Source: a virus. Taken from it: 64,000 bases of DNA. Position 1 is the stretch's first letter. The number at the start of each line of letters is the position of its first letter. Below are positions 51,982 to 61,847 of this stretch, piece by piece. The notes below the pieces were generated by a model that was given only the letters and a program-made list of their open reading frames with translations, did no database searches and was not told where the DNA came from. The translations under genes were made by a program, and so were the position numbers. Location of the stretch: IMG/VR virus record IMGVR_UViG_3300045988_154248, one strand, 5' to 3'.

Positions 51982-52118
51982 GGAGAATAAGTAATCATAA
52001 GCAGTTTGGTGCTTATTGCTCTGTCAGTGGAGCGTGATTAATTTTTTGGAGTAGGAAACCAGAGAAGTCATGAGCTTTGGCATAGTAGACACTCGCACTA
52101 CTCTCCTACTCTTTTTTA
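51982..52118 (+). promoter_or_regulatory. three-way-junction RNA motif, copy B
   Basis: GGAGAATAA, hairpins, ATTAAT. P1 is GAGTAGGA/TCCTACTC, P2 is CCAGAG-AAGTCATGAG-CTTTGG, P3 is AGTAG/CTACT, then TTTTTT. Lies upstream of the HNH gene and late operon. Confidence 0.55.
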
Positions 52119-52150
52119 ATTGTTATGCGAGTGGAAAGCGAGAAATAAAA

Positions 52151-53407
52151 ATGGGATATACTCATGGAACAAGTATTGAATCAAAAACAAGAATTTGTAC
52201 AAAATGTGGAAAAGAATTCCCGAATACAAATAAATTCTTTTCTTATGCAAATAAAAAACTTGGACGATTAAATGCTTTATGTAAAGAATGTCAAAAAATA
52301 ATTAGTAAAGAAAAGCGCCTGAAGATTATTGAGAAAAATAAAAATAAAGATTTATTTTATTCAGGGACACGACATTGTAAAAAATGCAATAGAGATTTAC
52401 CAAATAATAAATTATATTTTCCTATCGATCTATCTTGTATTGATGGTTTAAGAAATGTATGTAGAGAATGCAGCAAAAAGGAATCTGGTTTTCTTGATCC
52501 CAATTATACAGTTTCCGAAAAATGGACGGATGAAGAAAATAATGTATTGTTAGAAAAATATAAAGATTTTACTGGCGAAGAATTGCATAATTTATTTTTG
52601 CCAAATAGAACCGTTAGATCTATAGAATGTCATGCAGCGCTTCTTGGTCTGCAAGGCAAGAATTACGATGCACAAGTTAGAGCTAATTTGTCTAGAAGTA
52701 TAAAAAATAGTGAAAAGTTGAAAGGGCGAGCATTATCTGAAGAATCCAGAAAGAAAATTTCTGAAACAAAAAGAGAATATTTTAAGACTCATAATGGATG
52801 GTGGAAAGGTAAAAGACGTAGCCCAGAACAATGCAAAATGATAAGCGAAAGGCAAAAGGGAAAATGGGCTGGAGATAAAAATCCAAGACATTTAAATCCA
52901 TTAGTTGGCGAAGAAAATGGTCGTTGGAAAGGTGGAATTAATTCTACTTATGTCGAGTTAAGATCTGATACAAAAAGTTGGTTCAATGATTCAATGGGAT
53001 TTTGTAATTATAAATGTGTTATAACTGGCGGTGAATTTGATAATGTACATCATACAACAGCATTTAGAGATATCGTTGATGAAGTTTTTAAAATAACAGG
53101 AATAGAAGTAAAACAGCAAGTATGTGATTATAACAAAGAAGATTTCGATGAATTAAGATTAACATTAAAAGATTTGCATATGTTATATGGGTATGGAGCA
53201 TGTATAAACAAAGAGGTACATAAATTATTCCATGACAATTATGGATATACAAAATTCTCTCCATTTGACTTTTTGGATTTTTTATACAGAATCGATACTG
53301 GAGAATTTGATACTTGGTTCACGGAAAATAATTTGAAAATAAATATAAATTATGAATATGTAGAATATTTAGAAAGCACTTTGTCAGTTCTTGCGGAAAG
53401 TGCTTAA
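52151..53407 (+). CDS. HNH-type homing endonuclease with zinc ribbons and NUMOD3-like repeats
   Basis: CTKCGKEF...CKECQK and CKKCNRDL...CRECSKK. Repeated KGRxLSEESRKKISE and GDKNPRH units. C-terminal CVITGGEFDNVHHTTAF...HKLFH. ATG at 52151. Confidence 0.7.
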   Translation: MGYTHGTSIESKTRICTKCGKEFPNTNKFFSYANKKLGRLNALCKECQKIISKEKRLKIIEKNKNKDLFYSGTRHCKKCNRDLPNNKLYFPIDLSCIDGLRNVCRECSKKESGFLDPNYTVSEKWTDEENNVLLEKYKDFTGEELHNLFLPNRTVRSIECHAALLGLQGKNYDAQVRANLSRSIKNSEKLKGRALSEESRKKISETKREYFKTHNGWWKGKRRSPEQCKMISERQKGKWAGDKNPRHLNPLVGEENGRWKGGINSTYVELRSDTKSWFNDSMGFCNYKCVITGGEFDNVHHTTAFRDIVDEVFKITGIEVKQQVCDYNKEDFDELRLTLKDLHMLYGYGACINKEVHKLFHDNYGYTKFSPFDFLDFLYRIDTGEFDTWFTENNLKININYEYVEYLESTLSVLAESA

Positions 53408-53437
53408 TTTATTGAAATAAAAGGAGGTGGCTGTTAA

Positions 53438-54646
53438 TTGGCTACAAAAGCAACTGCACCGAAATTAACGGCTGCTCAAGCAAGAGAAAAAGTTGTTGAA
53501 TTACAAAATAAATTAGATAACTATAACAAAACAGCACAATGTCCGATGTGTAGGAAGCATAAGGATGTAAAAATCGGATTTTATATGGACACAGACCCAA
53601 TTCTTGGCGGGGATAGTTTTAGTAGAATATGCCGTGACTGTGCAAGGAAAATTGCATTGCGTGTGGATAAAAATGGAATTGAGCATGACCCAACTAAAGA
53701 ATCCGCACAAAAAGCACTATATTATTTAAATAAACCTTTTATTGAGTCATTGTGGAATTCAAGTATACAAGAGTCTGAAAATTTAGTAACAGGAAAAGGG
53801 AAAAGCAACGCCTGGAATGCTTATATTAAAAATATAAGTATGGTTAACTATAACGGGCAAGGTTATATGGATTCTGATATGTTTAAAGAAAAAATTGTTT
53901 ATGCTGACGAAGAGAAAAAGCAAAATACAAAAGAGGAATTGTCTGAAGATGTTGTTGAAATGTACAAAATAAACAAACGTACAGTTCTTCGTTTTTTAGG
54001 TTATGATCCATTTGAAAATGAACCAGAAGAAGAAAAACCTCTTTTATATTCCAAACTTGTAGGATATTTTGATGAATCAGTAAAAGATGATGGGTTAAAA
54101 CTTGAAGCAGTTATAGAGATAGTGCAAAGTTTTAAAGATGTCAAGACAATTAACGATGCAATTTCACAATATAAAAAGCAGCTAGGTAGCAATCCAGGCG
54201 TTATTTCCACAATTAAATCTCTTGCTGACACAAAACAAAAAATGATTAATTCTGCACTTGCTCTAGCAAAAGATAATGGGATCTCAGAGAATAATAATAA
54301 CAGAAAAAGTAAAGGTGCTGGAACATTGACAGGTATTATAAAGGAACTTCAGGAAATGAATCTAAATGGTTCAGAAGTTAATACTTTTGATTATGAAACA
54401 AATTTGGCGATCGAAGATATTATGACTAGAAATCATCAGAACCAATTAAGACAATTGAATCCAGACGAGAATGATTGGGAAAAAGAAGTAGTTCATCAAA
54501 AAGAACTACTTTTTAATTTGCAAAAAGAACGGGATAACGCCGTTGAATTTAGTAGGTTATTAAAAAAAGAAAATAAAGATTTAAAAGATTTTCTTTTAGA
54601 AAAAGGATTAATTAATGAAAAGGGACAAGTAATCGAAGATGAATGA
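53438..54646 (+). CDS. putative small terminase / DNA-recognition subunit (assigned by position)
   Basis: 402-aa ORF with a zinc ribbon CPMCRK...CRDCARK. Overlaps the start of the large terminase. TTG start after GGAGG. Confidence 0.4.
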   Translation: MATKATAPKLTAAQAREKVVELQNKLDNYNKTAQCPMCRKHKDVKIGFYMDTDPILGGDSFSRICRDCARKIALRVDKNGIEHDPTKESAQKALYYLNKPFIESLWNSSIQESENLVTGKGKSNAWNAYIKNISMVNYNGQGYMDSDMFKEKIVYADEEKKQNTKEELSEDVVEMYKINKRTVLRFLGYDPFENEPEEEKPLLYSKLVGYFDESVKDDGLKLEAVIEIVQSFKDVKTINDAISQYKKQLGSNPGVISTIKSLADTKQKMINSALALAKDNGISENNNNRKSKGAGTLTGIIKELQEMNLNGSEVNTFDYETNLAIEDIMTRNHQNQLRQLNPDENDWEKEVVHQKELLFNLQKERDNAVEFSRLLKKENKDLKDFLLEKGLINEKGQVIEDE

Positions 54647-56573
54647 AAATAAAAATATTGTCCTAATGGGGGATAAAATTAACGAATTTACCCCAAAGAA
54701 TTTTACTTTTTTTACAAAACCTACGTATTATGATATGTCTGAACTGAAATTGGAAGGATTAAAGAAATTTGCTGAAATCATTCAATGGGGGAGGCGCAAT
54801 CCCGTCAAATTCTGCGAAAGATTCTTTGGGATAGAATTTCTTGATTATCAAAAATACGTATTTATGATGTCGTGGATAACCCCAAACGTTGTATGGTGTA
54901 TGAGTCGTAATGCTGGAAAAACAACATTAGGTAGCCCATTTCTTATGGCAAAGACAATGTTATTGCCTAAATTTGAAGCATATATTTTAAGTTCAACTGG
55001 TTCACAAAGTATTGGTATGATGAAAAAGATTGAATCAATTGCCAAAAAAGAAATTGCTTCATTTACGGGTTTAACAGATGTTTTTCTTAATGAACTTGTT
55101 AAAAGTGCAAATTCTGAAGGGTTCCGGCATGATCCAGCATCTTATTCATTTAAGCTTTATTCAGGATCAAGTTTGGCTACAGTAAATTCAAATTTTGATG
55201 GATCTCGTGGACGTCGAAGTAGACTAAATTTTTATGATGAAGCATCCTATGTGTCAGAAGATATGTTTGCTGCTACTCTTCCATTTGTCACACAAAATAG
55301 TGATTTTGCCCTTGGAGGAGATGTTGACGTAACTTTACTTCCTCCAAATTTCCCGAATCAAGTTATTTGTGCTAGTTCTGCAGGTTCGATGGATGACGTT
55401 TTTTATAAAAGATATAAAGAAGCAGCTATGCATTCCATGGCGGGAGACAAAAATTATTTTTGTGCAGATATTGATTGCGAAGTTATTCTTCATGCTACAT
55501 ATAATGGAAAAATTTACCCTGTACCACTTCTTACTCAAGCAAAAATTGATTCTGAGATGAAAATGAATCCAACAAAAGCAACAAGAGAATACATGAATAA
55601 GTTCGATTCCGATCTTGGCGATGATATTGCAGTCAAGAAATCACAGGTATTAAGGAACAGTGTAGTAAGACCACCTATGTTGGTTAATGAAGATAATTCA
55701 TATATGGTAATTTGCTTCGATCCAGCCAAAAAACGCGATAATAGTTTTGTATTAATTGGTAAATTACATAGGGATGATCGGCGCGGATGGTTATTGGATG
55801 TTGTAAACGGAATAAACCTCATTGATAAAGAAACGAAAAAACCATTGACAACTCCAGAACAGATAAAAATGTTACAAGATATTATTGTTCGATACAACGG
55901 ATATGGCGTTCCCGATTATAAAAATATACATGGTATATATATAGACGCTGGTTCTGGTGGAGGAGCTACCCAAATGTGCGATCTTCTTTTTGATAATTTT
56001 TATGAATCAGGACATAAAGGAGAAAAAGATTATGAACATCATGGTTTAATAGATGCAAATTATGATTATGCAGCTCCATATGTGAAAAGATATCCTGATG
56101 CTATAGATATCATTCGAATGAGAGAACCGTCAAAATATAAAACAATTATGTATTCACAATTATGTGAGATGATTGATCAAGATTTAATAAGTTTTACCGC
56201 AGAATATGATTATCATGGCAATCTTACAATACTATCAGAAGAAAATGGCGAAGTCAAAGAGCAAGTTTATAACCTTACATTGGAAGAGGAAGTCGGATTA
56301 AAACAATTGGATGCAATGAAAGAAGAAGTTACCCATATGTATAAATACAAAGCTTCGAATGGCAATGTAAGATATGACTTAGCTCCTGGATTTGAAAGTA
56401 TTTTGCATGATGATAGAAGTTACTGTCTCGCTCTTATGGCTCATAGTCTCTTCGAGTTAAGAAGTAAGGACAAGGTAAGGCAAAAACGCCCACAAGAGTC
56501 CACTCAATCTCTCCTCTCTAAACTTTCAATCAATCAACCAAAACGTATCTCTTCGTTTTCCAAAACAATCTAA
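54639..56573 (+). CDS. terL: terminase large subunit
   Basis: Walker A-like MSRNAGKTT and Walker B-like RLNFYDEASYV. C-terminal nuclease-like FDPAKKRDNS...IYIDAGSGGG. Confidence 0.8.
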   Translation: MNENKNIVLMGDKINEFTPKNFTFFTKPTYYDMSELKLEGLKKFAEIIQWGRRNPVKFCERFFGIEFLDYQKYVFMMSWITPNVVWCMSRNAGKTTLGSPFLMAKTMLLPKFEAYILSSTGSQSIGMMKKIESIAKKEIASFTGLTDVFLNELVKSANSEGFRHDPASYSFKLYSGSSLATVNSNFDGSRGRRSRLNFYDEASYVSEDMFAATLPFVTQNSDFALGGDVDVTLLPPNFPNQVICASSAGSMDDVFYKRYKEAAMHSMAGDKNYFCADIDCEVILHATYNGKIYPVPLLTQAKIDSEMKMNPTKATREYMNKFDSDLGDDIAVKKSQVLRNSVVRPPMLVNEDNSYMVICFDPAKKRDNSFVLIGKLHRDDRRGWLLDVVNGINLIDKETKKPLTTPEQIKMLQDIIVRYNGYGVPDYKNIHGIYIDAGSGGGATQMCDLLFDNFYESGHKGEKDYEHHGLIDANYDYAAPYVKRYPDAIDIIRMREPSKYKTIMYSQLCEMIDQDLISFTAEYDYHGNLTILSEENGEVKEQVYNLTLEEEVGLKQLDAMKEEVTHMYKYKASNGNVRYDLAPGFESILHDDRSYCLALMAHSLFELRSKDKVRQKRPQESTQSLLSKLSINQPKRISSFSKTI

Positions 56574-56608
56574 ATAAAAATCCAAAACACAACTAAATAG
56601 AAAAGGAG

Positions 56609-58156
56609 GTGTTCTCGTCAAAAATGACACAATCCAAAAAAGAGATGGCAGAAACATCTCCAACACGTAAAAAACAACCAACAGCTGCAGAACGAAAATT
56701 GTATATGCAAAGTCTTGAACGTCAGCAAAAGAGATTTGCAGAAACGCAGAATGCATTTAAACAAGTTCGTGATGTTACAAAAACGACAAGACAAATTCCT
56801 ATAAGTTCATATAACAAGGGAAATGTAATTAAATATCTTCAAAATATAGACAGTTATGAAGATGAATTGCGTGGTTTATCTCGTTACTTATTTTATCGTT
56901 GTCAGATATATTTTAGATTAATTATGTATAATGCAACTATGTTTGACCTAAATGCAAGGTACGTAGTTCCTACATATGATCCAACTGGTGACAACGACAA
57001 GGAAAGTATATTAAAAGATTATTATGACACTTTGGTATGGCTAGATAGAATGTCTTTACAAGGGAACTTCTTACAGGTATTAATTAATAACTTTATAGAA
57101 GATGTATTCTATGGATGCTGTTGGCTGGACGAAACCGGAATGTTTATTTTAAAAATTCCACCAGATTATTGCAGAATTTCTGGTAAATATTTTACTGGCG
57201 ATTATTCTTTCTCTGTAGATATGAGTAAATATAAAAAATTCGAAGACGTGCTTGAATACCTTGGTGATCCATTATTATCAATGTATAAAAAATACGGTGG
57301 CAATAATCAAAATAAATGGCAACCTATGCCTGATGAATATGCTTTGTGTACAAAGTCAAGAGTTGAGACATGGGAAACTATTGTTCCAATTTACAGTGGA
57401 TTATTTATTGATTTAATTGGTCTTTTAAATCTTGGTGATGTACAAGCTGTTGCGGATGAACAACAAATTTATAAATTAATTACAGCTACTATACCGACAT
57501 TATCTGGTGCTGATGAACCAGATCAATGGGCTGTAAACATTGATTTTGCCGTAGATTATTATAATAAATTGGTTGATAGCCTTCCACCTTATATTGGTTC
57601 TGTGATAAGTCCATTGCCACTTAATACAATATCTTTTTCTGATGATCAAACAACAGACACGACGAAGGTACAAAAAGCCACAAAAGAAGTGTTGAATACT
57701 TCTGGTGGAGCGCAAATACTTAATTCTTCTAGTATTTCTGGTGCTGAAGCATTTCGAGCTGCTACAAAGGCAGATACTGAATTAGCAATTTCTGCACTTT
57801 TAGGTCAGATTCAAGGATGGGTAAATAGAATGCTATCATACCAAGTCAAAAATGCGGCGAAGGTTAAATTTTTTGAAGTGTCTTCTTATACAAAAGATAC
57901 TCTTAGAGAAGCCATGCAAAAAGATCTGCAATATGATAGTTCTAAAATGATATTAATAAATGCATTAAATGGGATTAGTGAACTTGATACCCTTTCGATG
58001 ACTTTCTTAGCCAATGATGTATTAGATTTAAAGAATAAATTTGTTCCACTCGTATCAGCAAATACAGTATCCAACGCAAGTGACGAAGGTGGCAGACCAG
58101 AGGTTTCTGATTCAGAAATAAGTGACGATGGAGCTAAAACGAGAGACAGAAAATAA
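56609..58156 (+). CDS. portal protein (by position and size)
   Basis: 515-aa ORF immediately after terL. Start is either GTG at 56609 or ATG at 56624. Confidence 0.6.
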   Translation: MFSSKMTQSKKEMAETSPTRKKQPTAAERKLYMQSLERQQKRFAETQNAFKQVRDVTKTTRQIPISSYNKGNVIKYLQNIDSYEDELRGLSRYLFYRCQIYFRLIMYNATMFDLNARYVVPTYDPTGDNDKESILKDYYDTLVWLDRMSLQGNFLQVLINNFIEDVFYGCCWLDETGMFILKIPPDYCRISGKYFTGDYSFSVDMSKYKKFEDVLEYLGDPLLSMYKKYGGNNQNKWQPMPDEYALCTKSRVETWETIVPIYSGLFIDLIGLLNLGDVQAVADEQQIYKLITATIPTLSGADEPDQWAVNIDFAVDYYNKLVDSLPPYIGSVISPLPLNTISFSDDQTTDTTKVQKATKEVLNTSGGAQILNSSSISGAEAFRAATKADTELAISALLGQIQGWVNRMLSYQVKNAAKVKFFEVSSYTKDTLREAMQKDLQYDSSKMILINALNGISELDTLSMTFLANDVLDLKNKFVPLVSANTVSNASDEGGRPEVSDSEISDDGAKTRDRK

Positions 58157-58168
58157 TGAGGTGGTTAT

Positions 58169-58345
58169 ATGAAAGAAAAGTTTTTAAAAACAACAGACAC
58201 TACTACCTCTGAAAACTTAAAGAAACTTGGATTTCAAGTAGTAAGTGAATTGAATGGAATGTATATATTTTTGAATACTGACAAACTTCAGTTTTCAAAT
58301 ATAGATAAATCAAAAATACAGTATAGCAATATACTTACTTTTTAG
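58169..58345 (+). CDS. small protein (58 aa)
   Basis: MKEKFLKTTDTTTSENLKKLGFQVVSELNGMYIFLNTDKLQF... TGAGGTGG lies upstream. Confidence 0.4.
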   Translation: MKEKFLKTTDTTTSENLKKLGFQVVSELNGMYIFLNTDKLQFSNIDKSKIQYSNILTF

Positions 58346-58376
58346 CCACTCTTCTATTTCTTGAGTGGTATTTTTT
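58346..58376 (+). terminator. intrinsic terminator
   Basis: CCACTC...GAGTGG stem followed by TATTTTTT. Confidence 0.6.
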
Positions 58377-58415
58377 ATACCTAATATTTAAGGAAAGGAG
58401 GAATCGCTAAATATC

Positions 58416-60071
58416 ATGTCAAAAAAAAGACTTCTTTTTATAGAAGATTTATATGATTTTTATTTAAACAAATATAAAAGATCTACACATTTTAGTAGCG
58501 AAAAAAATGGAGAACCTTTGGTTGTTCAAGTACATGGCAAAGTTAATTTTGATCAGTCTGACAAAAATAAAGATGGACTACTTCCAGTTCACCTCCAATC
58601 TTGTCACACAGATTTAAATGTAAATGGATCAAATATTAACAAAACTGTTATGGAAGCAGCATTGCCATCATTCAGCAATCGTCCGATTCTTGGTTATATC
58701 CATAAGGTAGTTACAGATGAAAATCCGGATGGTCAGTGGGAGTTTTACAGTCACAATATGCATGAAAATGAAAATGGAGAGCTTGTTTATGACGAATATC
58801 CGATTGGAATCATTCCGGAGAGCTGTAATGCACAACTTGTTTACGATGAAGAAAAAGAAAAAACCTATTGTGAAGTTGATGGATATATCTTTGAAGAGTA
58901 TTCAAAAGCTGCTGAGATTTTAGAGCGTGAAGGTGAATGCTTTGTATCGGTTGAACTTTCAATTCGAGAATTAAGCTATGATGCAAAATCAAAGTATTTA
59001 AACATCGAAGACTTTTTCTTTAGTGGAGTAACAATTTTGGGAAAAACTCCACAGGGAGAAACCGTAAAGCCTGGAATGTCCGGATCAAATATTAAACTTA
59101 CTGATTTTAAAGCAAAAAATAACAGTTTATTTGAAAATTATGAATCAAAAATGGATGAGTTGCAAGAACGACTAAATAAATTAGAGTCTACTTGCTTCAG
59201 TATTAAGGAGCAAACTTCTGCTCTACTATTACAAAAGGAAGGAGGAAATGAAAGTAAAATGAATAAATTTGAAGAGTTATTAGAGAAATACAATAAAACT
59301 GTAGAAGACATTACATTTGAATATTCTAATTTATCAGATGAAGAATTAGAAGTTAAATTTAAAGAAGTTTTCGAAGATAGTTCTATTGGCAAAGGGGAGG
59401 CATCTAGTGACGGTGAAAATAACAAAGGACAGGGATTTGAAAAACTTGTTCGTACATATGAAATTTCACATGAAGATGTTCGATACGCATTGTATAATTT
59501 ATTAACTCCATACGAGGAACTAGACGATGATTATTATTACATCTCAAATGTTTATGATTCTTATTTTGTATATGAAGGATGGTGTACAGATAAGATTTAT
59601 CGTCAGGGTTATGTAAAAGATGGTGACAATGTTTCATTTGATGGAGAACGTACAGAATTATTCCGTGAACTTTTAACAGCAAGTGAAAAAGCAGAATTAG
59701 AAGAAATGCGTTCAAACTATGCAGAATTAAAAGTGTTCAAAGAAGAAATTGAATTAAATGAACTTCGTGAAAAAAAGAAAGAAATTCTTGATTCTGAGAA
59801 ATATGAAATTCTTGCACAGAAAGATGAAGAAGGAAAATTCGTAAATAAAGATTATGAGAAACTTGTTTCTGAAATGGATAACTACTCTCTCGCTGATCTT
59901 GAGACAGAAATTAAAGTTCTTCATTCTGATTATGTTTCTGAGCATGGTAACTTTGCACTTTCTAATAACAAAGAAAAGACAGCTACATCAAAGAAACAAT
60001 TTGTAAATGTAAATAAAAAAGCTTCGAAACCTAGCAGATATGGAAAACTGTTTGCTGAAGAAGAAAAATAA
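58416..60071 (+). CDS. head-assembly protein (scaffold and/or prohead protease-like; assignment tentative)
   Basis: 551-aa ORF between portal and capsid genes. The C-terminal half is acidic and coiled-coil-like. Confidence 0.45.
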   Translation: MSKKRLLFIEDLYDFYLNKYKRSTHFSSEKNGEPLVVQVHGKVNFDQSDKNKDGLLPVHLQSCHTDLNVNGSNINKTVMEAALPSFSNRPILGYIHKVVTDENPDGQWEFYSHNMHENENGELVYDEYPIGIIPESCNAQLVYDEEKEKTYCEVDGYIFEEYSKAAEILEREGECFVSVELSIRELSYDAKSKYLNIEDFFFSGVTILGKTPQGETVKPGMSGSNIKLTDFKAKNNSLFENYESKMDELQERLNKLESTCFSIKEQTSALLLQKEGGNESKMNKFEELLEKYNKTVEDITFEYSNLSDEELEVKFKEVFEDSSIGKGEASSDGENNKGQGFEKLVRTYEISHEDVRYALYNLLTPYEELDDDYYYISNVYDSYFVYEGWCTDKIYRQGYVKDGDNVSFDGERTELFRELLTASEKAELEEMRSNYAELKVFKEEIELNELREKKKEILDSEKYEILAQKDEEGKFVNKDYEKLVSEMDNYSLADLETEIKVLHSDYVSEHGNFALSNNKEKTATSKKQFVNVNKKASKPSRYGKLFAEEEK

Positions 60072-60096
60072 ATAAACAAAATAACTTTTAATTTTA

Positions 60097-60126
60097 AAGA
60101 TCGCAACAAGCGGTCTTTTTATTTTG
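60097..60126 (+). terminator. intrinsic terminator
   Basis: AAGATCGC-AACAA-GCGGTCTT followed by TTTATTTT. Confidence 0.6.
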
Positions 60127-60153
60127 TAAAAAAACAAAAGGAGGAAAAATCAA

Positions 60154-60648
60154 ATGGCTATTAAATATAAAATTGATCAGCATCATGTATGCTTCCCAAC
60201 CAAAGTCCTTTCTGACAAAGTTGGTCGTGTATTAAACATGGTTATCAAAGAAGATACGGATAACGGTACAGTTTGCGGCAAAGGAAAATATGTAAGCTTT
60301 GACCAATATGAGGTTGCAGATGCACCAGCTGGTTTTGAAGGAGAAATTCTTGAGCAAGCTGCTGACGGAAACTGGTATGTAGAGGTTAAGAAAGTCGATC
60401 CAAATGCACCAGCAATTCTTATTTATGAAGTTCCTGAAATTGCAGAAACCTATAATAGTGAATTTACCAAAACTTCTAACTTCTTCAACGCAGCAACAGC
60501 CGAAAGAACAAAAACAGTTAGAGGACTTGTGCTTACAGTAACAGACGTTTATGAGCTTAGTGAAGATACATTTGACGGAACACCTGTAGCTGGTAAGAAA
60601 GTAACTGTTGAAGCTGGAAGTCAGAAACACAAAGTTTCAGAACTATAA
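60154..60648 (+). CDS. hypothetical head-associated protein
   Basis: 164-aa ORF with AAGGAGG upstream, directly before the capsid gene. Confidence 0.5.
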   Translation: MAIKYKIDQHHVCFPTKVLSDKVGRVLNMVIKEDTDNGTVCGKGKYVSFDQYEVADAPAGFEGEILEQAADGNWYVEVKKVDPNAPAILIYEVPEIAETYNSEFTKTSNFFNAATAERTKTVRGLVLTVTDVYELSEDTFDGTPVAGKKVTVEAGSQKHKVSEL

Positions 60649-60666
60649 AGAAGGGAGGAATAAGCA

Positions 60667-61776
60667 ATGAATAAGATGAATTTTAGCGCACATGTGCTTA
60701 ATGTATTCGATGAAATGAAAACTTCTTATGAAGAAGTAAAAAATCTGATGTTCGATTTATATAAAAATGAACTCGACGATGGAATTTCTAAGAGAGAGGC
60801 TGAAGATAAACTTAGAGAAGTATCTCTAAAAATTTTCGGTCTTACCAAAGACTCTTCTCGTAGAGAAAGAGAACGTGCTTACAGAGATCATGCTCGTCAG
60901 TATTTCGATGTAATTGAAGAAGTAACTGATTGGACAGTTTCTACAGGACTTAAAGAAAATGAGTGGTTCAACGCACTTGTTAATTACAGAAACCTTAAAG
61001 AGGGAGATACTAATCTTTTCGTTAATGAGCATGAGGAAGTAATTCTTTCTATAGCAAGAATGGGTAAGAGACATCACGATACAATGCTTCAGAGATTACC
61101 AGAGAACACAACATATTCTGTAGAGACGGATGTTTATGGTGCTGCTGTTGGTGCTGATATTGATAGATATCTTATTGGACAAGAGGATTGGACAAAACTT
61201 GTAGACGCTATCACTAAAGCATTTGTTGTAAAGATTCAAGAGCTTATCTTTGCTGAGATTCTTGAAGCACCAAAGAAACTTCCGGCACAGTCCGAGTTCG
61301 TACAAACAGGTGCGCTCAACACAACAAATAGAAAGAAATTCAATAAAGTTCTTCAAAATGTATCTGTTGCAAATGATAATGCAGATGTAGTTATCATGGG
61401 AACAATGGTTGCACTTCAGGAGCTTGAAAACCTTATCGATGTTAAATGGGTTGCTGATTCTCAGAAAGAAGATATTGCAAAGATGGGTCGCCTTGGAAAT
61501 TACGGACGTTACACGCTTGTTGAAATTCCACAGAGATTTGCAAGAAACGATGTAACTAAGTCCATGTACAAGGATGACACTCTTTTCGTATTTGCAACTG
61601 GTGACAACAAACTTGTTGATATGGTTGATGTTGGTGAGACTCTTATCGAGGAAATCACAGAGCGTGGAACAGCTAATAGTAACATCGCTGATATCATGAA
61701 ATACGAAGTTCAGAGAGAGCTTGGAGTATCTACAAGAATTGGTCGTTACTTTGGTTCATGGACCATTACTGACTAA
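60667..61776 (+). CDS. major capsid protein (by position, size and flanking strong terminator)
   Basis: 369-aa ORF with GGGAGG upstream, followed by a strong terminator. Confidence 0.55.
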   Translation: MNKMNFSAHVLNVFDEMKTSYEEVKNLMFDLYKNELDDGISKREAEDKLREVSLKIFGLTKDSSRRERERAYRDHARQYFDVIEEVTDWTVSTGLKENEWFNALVNYRNLKEGDTNLFVNEHEEVILSIARMGKRHHDTMLQRLPENTTYSVETDVYGAAVGADIDRYLIGQEDWTKLVDAITKAFVVKIQELIFAEILEAPKKLPAQSEFVQTGALNTTNRKKFNKVLQNVSVANDNADVVIMGTMVALQELENLIDVKWVADSQKEDIAKMGRLGNYGRYTLVEIPQRFARNDVTKSMYKDDTLFVFATGDNKLVDMVDVGETLIEEITERGTANSNIADIMKYEVQRELGVSTRIGRYFGSWTITD

Positions 61777-61797
61777 TCTAAGTAATAAAAATATATT

Positions 61798-61832
61798 AGA
61801 GGAGTAGTTTAACCGCTACTCTTCTATTTTTT
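61798..61832 (+). terminator. intrinsic terminator
   Basis: AGAGGAGTAG...CTACTCTTCT is a 10-bp stem followed by ATTTTTT. Confidence 0.65.
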
Positions 61833-61847
61833 AATGGAGGGAAAGCC

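Noticed and set aside
1371-51990. Recurrent 9-mer GGAGAATAA as a phage-specific promoter. It occurs at about 1371(-), 15516(-), 17415(-), 17711(-), 19245(-), 20811(-), 30191, 32614, 47958 and 51982.
   Set aside because: The 9-mer is enriched, but several copies are ordinary SDs or lie in coding sequence, and purine-rich A/T-biased 9-mers are favoured by this genome's composition. There is no conserved flanking sequence at a fixed distance from gene starts. It is kept only as part of the specific motifs reported.
47958-52118. Twin motif as integron attC-like sites
   Set aside because: There are no RYYYAAC/GTTRRRY R-boxes and no cassette array, and the integrase is not divergently arranged with an attI or Pc. 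A structured RNA, or a simple recombinase dyad site, remains more likely.
427-61697. Numerous antisense shadow ORFs, for example 427..627, 7752..8261, 15290..15634, 25789..26142, 44242..44505, 55535..55897, 59138..59715 and 60232..60630
   Set aside because: Each lies entirely inside a longer, better-supported ORF on the opposite strand. They show low-complexity F/L/I/S/C-rich or similarly biased sequence and lack an SD.
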